A stretch of DNA of 18,296 nt. Source: Candidatus Micrarchaeia archaeon. GTDB taxonomy: Archaea > Micrarchaeota > Micrarchaeia > Anstonellales > Bilamarchaeaceae. The stretch spans positions 1 through 18,296 of the forward strand of contig JBKHJL010000022.1 of assembly GCA_046538155.1 (NCBI GenBank), given 5' to 3'. Positions 1 to 7,159 of the stretch are shown one piece after another. The translations under genes were made by a program, and so were the position numbers. The notes below the pieces were generated by a model. It was not told the DNA's origin and did no database searches. It saw nothing but the letters and a program-made list of their open reading frames with translations. Every line of letters starts with the position of its first letter. Position 1 is the stretch's first letter.

Positions 1-41
1 GAATAGTTTCTTGGTATATCATCAAATCCAGGGGTATCATT

Positions 42-230
42 ATGGCAATACAGGTATGTGAAAGATGCGACTCAAAAACAGCAAAGCTGGATAAGTGCAA
101 CTACTGTGGCCGGGAAGTATGCATCCGGTGCCTGAAAAGCTCAAAAAGAGTGGGAAAGGGCAACAAGGCATACATCTGCAAGGACTGCTGGTCCGACCTT
201 GAAAAAAGAGGGAAGTTCAAGAGCGCCTGA
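42..230 (+). CDS. Small basic 8-Cys double zinc-finger protein (FYVE-like cross-brace Cys spacing)
   Basis: 62-aa ORF with four CxxC pairs (C6/C9, C19/C22, C27/C30, C46/C49), Lys-rich. GGGGT purine motif 7 nt upstream of the ATG. Stop lies 4 nt from the convergent ileS stop. Confidence 0.8.
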   Translation: MAIQVCERCDSKTAKLDKCNYCGREVCIRCLKSSKRVGKGNKAYICKDCWSDLEKRGKFKSA

Positions 231-234
231 ACAC

Positions 235-3066
235 TCAGGCCTTCTCTGCTTTTATTCTTACAACCCTTCCGTCTACTTCCCAGGATTTTGCATCCCCCTC
301 CCCTTCAAGCTCAGAAAATTCAAGAAACTTTGAATTTGTATCTTTCATTATCTCTTTCCTGTTCTTCTCCACTATCGCCCTGAACTCATCTTCAAGGTCC
401 ATCTGAACAAATACCCTGTTGCTCTCCACAAGCCCGAGCTTTTTCCTTAACATCTGGACCCTGCGGACAATCTCGTTGGTTATCGCCTCTTCGTAAAGGC
501 TTTCACTGAGTTCGCAGTTAAGGAATACCTTCCCCTCCTGGAAATCTCCAGATGCAAACTTTGGGGAAGCCGTGCCTGCGGATACCTCTTTCACATTCAC
601 CAGCTTTCGCAATATCCCTGAAAGTTCCCCAACTGATTCCACAACATCCTGGGACTCTGATTGTATGTAAGCTTCGGAAAGCGGCCAGCGGAGCTTTACC
701 TTGTTTTCCTGCCTCAGCTCAAGCAGGGCAGGGGCTATCTCCCTGATGTGCTCAAATTGCTTTTCCAGGGCCGGGTCTATTTCGCCCTCCCTTGTTTCTG
801 CAAGCGGATAGAGGGAAATCGTTTCCTCGCCTTCGTGCTTCCTGAAAAACTTCTGGTAAACGTGTTCAGGAAGGAATGGGGATATTACTGAAAGCATCTT
901 TGCCACACCCAGCACGGAAGAATAGATTGCAAAAAGCGCGCCTTCCCTGTTCCTGCCTCCGGAAACCCTGTCCTTTGCAACCTTCATATAAAACTTGCTC
1001 ATGTCCTCCACAAGGAAGTTCCTCAGGGCCTTTGTGGCATTGCTTATCTCATAAGCCTCAAATGAGGAATTGAAAACCTTCCTGGTATTGTTTAGCCTTG
1101 AAAGGAGCCAGCGGTCCTCCTTCTCCAGTTCTGCATCCTTTATTTTTTCCTTTGGGTAGAAGCGGCTCAGGTAAACGTGCATATTGTAAAATATGTCCAG
1201 TGCGCCATGCGCTTCCCTTAGAGAAACCCAGTTGAACTTCTGCTCATCCCATATCGTATTGGACAGTCCCCAGAGCCTGAAGGAGTCTGCCCCGTATTTC
1301 TCAAGTATTTCCTCAACCGGGACAAAATTCCCTACAGACTTGCTCATCTTCTCCCCTTTCTCATCCACGAAAAACCCGTGCATGATTACCCGCTTGTAGG
1401 GGGACTGCCCGTTCTTTATCATCCCTGAACCAAGAAGCGAATAAAACCACCCGCGTATCTGGTCCTGTCCTTCAAGTATGCAGTCTGCCTGGTCGTATTT
1501 CTCCTTTTCTTTCTTGTCCAGGGATGCCCATACCGCATTGCCTGAATCAAACCATACGTCAAGAACATCAGGAACCCTGCTCATCTTTCCCCCGCACTTC
1601 CCGCACTTAAACATCTTTTCATCTATATATGGACGGTGGAGCTCTTTGACTTCCCCCAGCTCTTTTTTTGAGGAGATGACCTTTATTTCATCACAGTCTT
1701 CGCATTTCCAGATTGGAAGAGGTATTCCCCAGTACCTCTGCCTGGAAATGCACCAGTCCGGAGCATCCCTCACAAAGTCCCTGAAGCGGTTCCTGGCAAA
1801 ATCAGGGTGCCAGGCAGTCTTATCCGTTTCCTCCTGCATTTTTTCCTTGAGCTTGGAAACCTCAATGAACCACTGTTTTGTGGTGAGGAAAATAAGGGGA
1901 TTTTTGCACCTCCAGCAGTGGGGGTAGCGGTGCTGTATCCTGGATTCGTAAAGCAGCAGACCCACATCTTTCAGTATTTCTATTATTTCGGGGTTTGCTG
2001 CGCGCACCTGCTTGCCTTCCAGCTCCCCTGCTTCAGAGGTATACCTTCCCTGCATATCAACAGGGCAGAAAGCCTCAATCCCAAACCTCTTCCCCATCAG
2101 AAAATCCTCGGGGCCGTGGCCGGGAGCGCAGTGCACAAGCCCGGTACCCTCCTCCAGAGTGACATACTCATCACTGAGTATTACCTTGCGGTCTGCTTCC
2201 TTTTTTATGATGTGCTGGAAGGGATGCTCATACTGGATGCCCTGGAGCTTTTTCCCGATAAATTCATCAAGGACAGTTGCTGTTTCTCCTGTAAGCTCCA
2301 GGATATAGTCCAGCCGGTCCTTTGCAAGAACCCAGACCTCATCGCCTACTTTTACCCGCACATATGGAAGATTTGGGTGGGCCATTACTGCCATGTTCGC
2401 GGTTATTGTCCAGGGAGTTGTGGTCCAGACAAGTAAAAACTCGTTGTCCCTGTCCTTTACCCTGTATTTCACAAAAATGCTCGGGTCTGTTTCCTCACCA
2501 TACTCCAGCTCATAGTTTGCCATCGTTGTTTCGCACCGGCTGCAGTAGGGAAGGACATAAACCCCTTCTGTAAGGAGTTCCCTGGAATGTGCCTTTGCTA
2601 TTGTTTCCCAGGATGACTCAATGTAGCTGTCCTTGTAGGTGATGTATGGATTGTCCCAGTCCATCCAGACTCCAAGGGACTTGAACTGGTCCCCCATCAC
2701 TCCGATATATTTGGTGGCAAACTGCTTGCACTCCTCTATGAACTTGTCAATGCCATATTCCTCTATTTCCCTCTTGTTCTTTATCTTCAGTTCCCTCTCT
2801 ACCTTCACTTCGATGGGAAGGCCGTGGGTATCAAAACCAGGCTGTACCCTCACATTCTTTCCCCTGCCCCTCCAGAACCGGCAGATGGCATCCTTTGCGC
2901 ACTTGTTCCACCCTGTCCCGGGGTGGATTTGCCCGGTTGCGTAGGGGGGCCCGTCGCAGAAATAGTAATCCTCACCTTTCTGCCTGGATTTCTTCACTTT
3001 CTCATATACTTCTTTTTTCTCCCAGAAATCAAGGATTTCCTTCTCAACTGCTTTATGATCATACAT
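235..3066 (-). CDS. ileS: Isoleucine--tRNA ligase (archaeal/eukaryote-type IleRS)
   Basis: DGPPYATG-IHPGT (HIGH equivalent), GFDTHGLPIE, editing-domain WTTTPWT and GTGLVHCAPGHG, DWCISRQRYWG, EGQDQIRGWFYS, KMSKS, C-terminal EIVRRVQMLRKK. Start moved from 3156 to ATG 3066 (MYDHKAVE), which has AAGGTG upstream. Confidence 0.97.
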   Translation of the reverse strand: MYDHKAVEKEILDFWEKKEVYEKVKKSRQKGEDYYFCDGPPYATGQIHPGTGWNKCAKDAICRFWRGRGKNVRVQPGFDTHGLPIEVKVERELKIKNKREIEEYGIDKFIEECKQFATKYIGVMGDQFKSLGVWMDWDNPYITYKDSYIESSWETIAKAHSRELLTEGVYVLPYCSRCETTMANYELEYGEETDPSIFVKYRVKDRDNEFLLVWTTTPWTITANMAVMAHPNLPYVRVKVGDEVWVLAKDRLDYILELTGETATVLDEFIGKKLQGIQYEHPFQHIIKKEADRKVILSDEYVTLEEGTGLVHCAPGHGPEDFLMGKRFGIEAFCPVDMQGRYTSEAGELEGKQVRAANPEIIEILKDVGLLLYESRIQHRYPHCWRCKNPLIFLTTKQWFIEVSKLKEKMQEETDKTAWHPDFARNRFRDFVRDAPDWCISRQRYWGIPLPIWKCEDCDEIKVISSKKELGEVKELHRPYIDEKMFKCGKCGGKMSRVPDVLDVWFDSGNAVWASLDKKEKEKYDQADCILEGQDQIRGWFYSLLGSGMIKNGQSPYKRVIMHGFFVDEKGEKMSKSVGNFVPVEEILEKYGADSFRLWGLSNTIWDEQKFNWVSLREAHGALDIFYNMHVYLSRFYPKEKIKDAELEKEDRWLLSRLNNTRKVFNSSFEAYEISNATKALRNFLVEDMSKFYMKVAKDRVSGGRNREGALFAIYSSVLGVAKMLSVISPFLPEHVYQKFFRKHEGEETISLYPLAETREGEIDPALEKQFEHIREIAPALLELRQENKVKLRWPLSEAYIQSESQDVVESVGELSGILRKLVNVKEVSAGTASPKFASGDFQEGKVFLNCELSESLYEEAITNEIVRRVQMLRKKLGLVESNRVFVQMDLEDEFRAIVEKNRKEIMKDTNSKFLEFSELEGEGDAKSWEVDGRVVRIKAEKA

Positions 3067-3153
3067 TGTATGCACCTTATGAGAACAGGATATGGAATAG
3101 AAAAGAAAATAAATGGGATGTCCCACCAGCCAAGGGTAGAGAGTGTAGAGGTT

Positions 3154-3188
3154 CACCAGGCGAGGGGGCGCTTCCCCTCTGTCCGGTG
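3154..3188. other. GC-rich stem-loop immediately after the KaiC-like gene stop, upstream of ileS
   Basis: GAGGGG(3162-3167)-GCGCTT-CCCCTC(3174-3179), enclosed by CACC(3154-3157)/GGTG(3185-3188). Confidence 0.5.
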
Positions 3189-3875
3189 TCAGAACACTTT
3201 TTCGCCCAAGAAGACCTTTATCCCATTTGGAGTAATCTTGAAGGGGACTTTGTCCCTTATATGGTTGGTGCCCCGCATCTTGTAAACCTCTATCGCCTTT
3301 ACCCTCTGGTCTGCCTTTCCGAGGTTGTAAAGGTTGAAGATTCCGTCCAGTACAAAATGCTCTATATCAAACTTGGAGGTTGCGAGGTTCTGGTTGGACG
3401 CCTCCACGCACATCATCGCGGTTATGTCCAGGTTTCTGAGAAGGGAGAAAAACTCAAACATCGTTTCCCTGTACTCTGACTCGTCCTTGAATGCGAGGCG
3501 CACCATGGTAGAGGAATCTATCACTGCCCTCCTTATGTCATTGTTGGCAATCCTTTCCTCAAGCATTTCCGCAATGTCCTCAAACATGAACCTGTCCGGC
3601 TTGAGTATCTCCAGCTTTTTGGAGGAAATCAGGTCAGGCATGTCTGTAAAACCGGTAAAGGTTGCGGACATGTTCTCAATTATGTCCTCCGGGGTTTCTT
3701 CCAGGGAGATATATACTCCGTTTTCCCCGGCCTGCGCCCCCCGGTAGATGTATTCAAATCCAAAAGAGGTTTTGCACGCACCCGGCCCTCCGTTAAGGGC
3801 AATGTGCCTGTGTATGGGGATTCCGCCGTTGAGGACCTCATCCATCCCGGCTATCCCTGTTTTTACTCTTTGCAT
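3189..3875 (-). CDS. Single-domain KaiC/RecA-superfamily ATPase (archaeal KaiC-like signal-transduction ATPase)
   Basis: RVKTGIAGMDEVLNGGIP N-terminus, Walker A-like GGPGACKTS, catalytic SLEE, Walker B RAVIDS, KMRGT finger, PFKITPNGIKV. ATG 3875 preferred over GTG 3884, which is part of the GTGGT ribosome-binding motif. Confidence 0.92.
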   Translation of the reverse strand: MQRVKTGIAGMDEVLNGGIPIHRHIALNGGPGACKTSFGFEYIYRGAQAGENGVYISLEETPEDIIENMSATFTGFTDMPDLISSKKLEILKPDRFMFEDIAEMLEERIANNDIRRAVIDSSTMVRLAFKDESEYRETMFEFFSLLRNLDITAMMCVEASNQNLATSKFDIEHFVLDGIFNLYNLGKADQRVKAIEVYKMRGTNHIRDKVPFKITPNGIKVFLGEKVF

Positions 3876-3908
3876 AATTACCACTGGAAAAAAGAATAAT
3901 GGAGAATG

Positions 3909-3916
3909 TTTATATT
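3909..3916. promoter_or_regulatory. Putative TATA box in the divergent kaiC-like/rfcS intergenic region
   Basis: TTTATATT lies ~35-40 nt from both start codons in a 75-nt AT-rich divergent spacer. Confidence 0.5.
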
Positions 3917-3950
3917 GTTAATTACCCAAAGCACTACAAAAGGTGGGTGA

Positions 3951-4925
3951 ATGGAACAGGAACTTCTTCCGTGGACAGAAAAATACCGCCCAAAATCACT
4001 TTCAGAAGTGGTGGGGCAGGAGGAAACAGTAAAATCCCTTAAAGCATTTGTGGAATCCGGAAACATGCCGAACATGCTTTTTTCCGGGCCGCCCGGAATA
4101 GGGAAAACCACTGCAACCCTTGCCCTTGCCCACGACCTTTACGGGGACAGGATTGGGGGGAACCTGCTCGAGCTTAACGCCAGTGATGAAAGGGGGATTG
4201 GAATCGTAAGGGGGAAAATAAAGGATTTTGCCCGCAGTGTTTCCGTGGGAGGAAAAGTGCCCTTCAAGCTGATTTTCCTGGACGAGGCAGATGCCCTTAC
4301 CCCGGATGCGCAGCATGCGCTCCGCCGCACCATGGAGATGTATTCTCCGGTCACCCGTTTCATCCTGAGTTGCAACTATTCATCCAAAATCATAGAGCCT
4401 GTCCAGAGCAGGTGTGCAGTTTTCCGTTTTCTTCCGTTGAGTGAAAGCCAAATCCACAGGATGATAAAAACGATAGCGGAGAAGGAGGGGCTGGAAGTGG
4501 AAAAGGGAGCAGAGAATGCAATCGCCTACGTATCTGAAGGTGACATGCGAAAAGCGATAAATGCCCTGCAGGGTGCTGCAATACACTCCAAAACAATCAC
4601 CGAGGAGGTTATCTATAAGATATCTTCACGCGCACGGCCCAGGGAAATAAGGGAGATGGTGGATGCTGCATATGGGGGAAGATTCCTGGATGCGCGAAAG
4701 ATGCTTCTTGAGCTGAGCACACAGTACGGGCTTTCCGGCTCAGACATAATACTCCAGATATACAGGGAAACGGCAAACCTTGAGATTCCGGAAAAAAAGA
4801 AGGTCCAGCTGGTGGACAGAATCGGGGAATATGACTTCCGCCTTGTTGAAGGGGCAAACGAGCACATCCAGATTGAGGCTCTGCTTGCCCAGATTATGCT
4901 TCTTGGAATGAAAAGGGAAGGCTGA
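3951..4925 (+). CDS. rfcS: Replication factor C small subunit (clamp loader)
   Basis: PWTEKYRP, Walker A GPPGIGKT, LELNASDERGI, Walker B LDEAD, SRC motif (QSRC), GDMRKAINALQ. 324 aa, no intein. GGTGGGTGA upstream. Confidence 0.97.
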   Translation: MEQELLPWTEKYRPKSLSEVVGQEETVKSLKAFVESGNMPNMLFSGPPGIGKTTATLALAHDLYGDRIGGNLLELNASDERGIGIVRGKIKDFARSVSVGGKVPFKLIFLDEADALTPDAQHALRRTMEMYSPVTRFILSCNYSSKIIEPVQSRCAVFRFLPLSESQIHRMIKTIAEKEGLEVEKGAENAIAYVSEGDMRKAINALQGAAIHSKTITEEVIYKISSRARPREIREMVDAAYGGRFLDARKMLLELSTQYGLSGSDIILQIYRETANLEIPEKKKVQLVDRIGEYDFRLVEGANEHIQIEALLAQIMLLGMKREG

Positions 4926-5536
4926 TGAGCGAAAGGAAACTTCTTGGAAAGAGAAGGCTTGCAACCATAGTTGACGGTACTTTTGCAATTGCCATGACCC
5001 TTCTTATCTTTGATATCAAGCTTCCGGACGTTGGGCAAAGTTCTGCTGCCCTGTATGATGTACTCATCGGTATGTTCCCGATATTCCTGGACTATCTCCT
5101 GAGCTTTGTGCTGCTGGGGTTTTTCTGGGTTGCCCACAACTACCAGTTCAGGCACATAGGAAAAATTGATGAGAGATATATATGGGTGACCATGCTCTGG
5201 CTTATGCTGGTTGTGCTGATACCTTTTTCCACAAAACTGGTCGGAGAGTATGGGGGGCTTGTGGCTTCAGAGTTGTTTTTCCATTTCAACATTTTCCTGA
5301 TACTGCTTTTCCTTTACCTCCAGGCAACATATGTTGACAGGCACAGGGACCTTGTTGATGCGGACAAGTACGAGCATGAATCCTTCAGGACGAGCATGAA
5401 AATTACGCAGAGATTTGTGATGGTGAGCATTGCAGGAGTTGCCTTAACTTTCTGGATTCCGGACTGGAGCAATCTTGTATATTTCCTGGTTCCCCTCTTT
5501 GGCTTCTGGGAAAGAAAGCGAAAAAGGAAGGCTTAG
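4925..5536 (+). CDS. TMEM175-family (DUF1211) potassium channel, prokaryotic 6-TM single-repeat form
   Basis: RLATIVDGTFAIAMTLLI matches the family helix-1 signature RxxxFSDxxFAIxxTLL. Also YLLSFVLLGFFWVAH, LIPFST and about six hydrophobic segments. Start overlaps the rfcS stop (TGATG). Confidence 0.88.
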   Translation: MSERKLLGKRRLATIVDGTFAIAMTLLIFDIKLPDVGQSSAALYDVLIGMFPIFLDYLLSFVLLGFFWVAHNYQFRHIGKIDERYIWVTMLWLMLVVLIPFSTKLVGEYGGLVASELFFHFNIFLILLFLYLQATYVDRHRDLVDADKYEHESFRTSMKITQRFVMVSIAGVALTFWIPDWSNLVYFLVPLFGFWERKRKRKA

Positions 5537-6717
5537 CTTTTGAAAAAAGAGCTGATTTTTGAGATAAGTGACTCCTGTTTTTCTTCCTTTTCCTGGCGGG
5601 GCTCTTCCGGAGGAGCATTGAGCAGTTCTGTGCAGGCATTGAGCTCCTCCAGCTTTGCCTCCAGCTTTTCCCTGGACTGTCCCTCCAGCTCCTTTTTCTT
5701 CTCTTCCAGCTTTTTCTGCTTCCTGTAGGCTGCCTCATACTGCTTCCTTCCCGGGGCAAGAAACCTGAGCTTCTTTACCGGCCCTTCTGCCCCTGCTATG
5801 TTTTTTGAATAGAATTCCATTGTCGCTTCGTTTTCCGGGTCCGGCTCCAGGTAGCTGGTGCTGCCCAGGCTGTGGAGGGTTTCAAATATTTTCCTGTTTT
5901 TTGCAATTGAATTCCTGAATCTGGATGTTTCCGGGCAGATGTGGGAAAGCTTTTTCTCGCTTGCAGAAAACAGCTTGCAGATTTCCGCTGCCTTGTATTC
6001 TCCCAGCTCCGGGTACTCGGAAAAAAACCCCCTTATCTCCTCCAGCTGTTCTTCCTGGCCGGAAAACTGGTCTGCCACCAGTTTTTCATTTTCCAGCAGC
6101 TCCCCGACCGGCTTTGTGGAGAGCTCAACAAGGTGCTCATGCCTCAGCTCCCGGAGCTTTGAAATGCTCTCCTGCCACTGGAGATGCTTGCCTGCCTTTT
6201 CCTTGTCCACCTCCTGCTTCTCCACCCAGGAAAGGATTTTCAGCAGATTTTTCGCCTTATGCCTGTCCCTTTCAAGCTCCTTCCTGGCGCTCTGGATTTT
6301 TTCCCGTGATTCCCGGTGCTGCTGGTGGAGGGCCATCAGCTCCTCAAAATAATCAAACTCTTTTTTTGCCGCCCACTCCCTGTTCTTCCTCAGGTGCTTG
6401 GTGATTTCAGCAAACCTCCTGCCCGTTTCCTTAGTGAGGTTCCCCTTGTCAAACTCCAGCACAATATTATCTTCAAAATACTTTAGGCTCTTGCCCAGCT
6501 TGATTCCCCGCTTCGCGAGTTTTATTCTCTTGTTTATATGGGGGTCATGCATGGCCTGCTCTTTCTGCTTTACCGTATCTATTCCGTCCAGGATGTCCTT
6601 AAGGGCTTCAGAAAGCCGGATGACTGTAGGAAACTGCCCCCTCCCTATCTCATCTATTCTCCTCTCCATCTCAAAATGCTTTTTCCTGAACTCGGCTATT
6701 TCCTCCCTGCTAACCAT
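5533..6717 (-). CDS. Hypothetical E/K-rich coiled-coil protein with C-terminal amphipathic helix
   Basis: 394-aa ORF with protein-like helical composition and GGTGGG 3 nt before the ATG. No TM segment or catalytic motif recognised. Ends LISKISSFFKS. Confidence 0.8.
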   Translation of the reverse strand: MVSREEIAEFRKKHFEMERRIDEIGRGQFPTVIRLSEALKDILDGIDTVKQKEQAMHDPHINKRIKLAKRGIKLGKSLKYFEDNIVLEFDKGNLTKETGRRFAEITKHLRKNREWAAKKEFDYFEELMALHQQHRESREKIQSARKELERDRHKAKNLLKILSWVEKQEVDKEKAGKHLQWQESISKLRELRHEHLVELSTKPVGELLENEKLVADQFSGQEEQLEEIRGFFSEYPELGEYKAAEICKLFSASEKKLSHICPETSRFRNSIAKNRKIFETLHSLGSTSYLEPDPENEATMEFYSKNIAGAEGPVKKLRFLAPGRKQYEAAYRKQKKLEEKKKELEGQSREKLEAKLEELNACTELLNAPPEEPRQEKEEKQESLISKISSFFKS

Positions 6718-6747
6718 TTTCCCACCGTTGGTTAAGAGTGCAGGTCA

Positions 6748-6991
6748 CTTATTAATATTTGCCCCTGGGGCGAAAATAAGGGGTTGGTCCAAAATGCTCG
6801 TCTGATTAATCTTGCGATTAATACGGAGCATTCCTCATACAGAATGATATTGGAAATTCGTTTTTCTTTGGGGGGACCTTAGTGTGTGTAGCTCAGTGAA
6901 TCGGGGCAGGGGGGCCCGGGAGCTACACGCAATGACCGAATCTTTCTCCGTGAGCCTCGCTCATGGGAAGAAATCGAAGATTTCTCAGATT
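6748..6991. other. Hairpin-dense intergenic region (candidate ncRNA or non-autonomous palindromic element)
   Basis: Inverted repeats: TTTGCCCC-T-GGGGCGAA (6758-6774); AATGCTC..ATTAATC-TTGC-GATTAAT..GAGCATT (6793-6832); GTGTGTAGCTC/GAGCTACACGC (6884-6894/6920-6930); CCGTGAGC-CTC-GCTCATGG (6948-6966); AGAAATC-GAA-GATTTCT (6969-6985). Confidence 0.55.
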
Positions 6992-7015
6992 TTTATGAAA
7001 AAGAGGGGGGAGAAG

Positions 7016-7090
7016 TGCTCCCGCCGGGATTCGAACCCGGGCTACCGGAGTGAAAGTCCGGTGTCCTTGACCGGGCTAGACTACAGGAGC
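7016..7090 (-). tRNA. tRNA-Glu (anticodon UUC), intronless, CCA not encoded
   Basis: Reverse complement folds as a cloverleaf: acceptor GCTCCTG/CGGGAGC+A, D arm TAGTCTAGCCCGGTCAAGGAC, anticodon arm CCGGA-CTTTCAC-TCCGG, T arm CCGGG-TTCGAAT-CCCGG. Upstream ATTTTA TATA-like element at about -21 to -26, downstream T5 run. Confidence 0.97.
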
Positions 7091-7159
7091 TCATGTTGTG
7101 AAAACGTCCATAAAATAATGGAAGTGAAAAAGAATTTAGAGAGGTACCCTATAAAAATC

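Noticed and set aside
3067..3156. 30-aa N-terminal extension of IleRS in the ORF track
   Set aside because: It translates the intergenic T-rich tract. The family-typical start MYDHKAVE at 3066 has an AAGGTG motif upstream.
3189..3875. Circadian clock KaiC
   Set aside because: Single domain, no Ser/Thr phosphosite pair, and no kaiA or kaiB nearby.
3951..4925. Intein in RFC small subunit
   Set aside because: Length of 324 aa and contiguous motifs leave no room for an insertion.
6886..6900. GTGTAGCTCAGTG as a second or split tRNA, or an att-site remnant
   Set aside because: It resembles a tRNA D-arm start, but no anticodon arm or TTCGA arm follows. It does not match the tRNA-Glu 3' end, and no integrase is present in the window.
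6718..7015. SRP RNA or RNase P RNA (the spacer length would fit)
   Set aside because: I could not find the SRP helix-8 motif or the RNase P GAGGAAAGTCC-type conserved regions on either strand. An Rfam search would be decisive.
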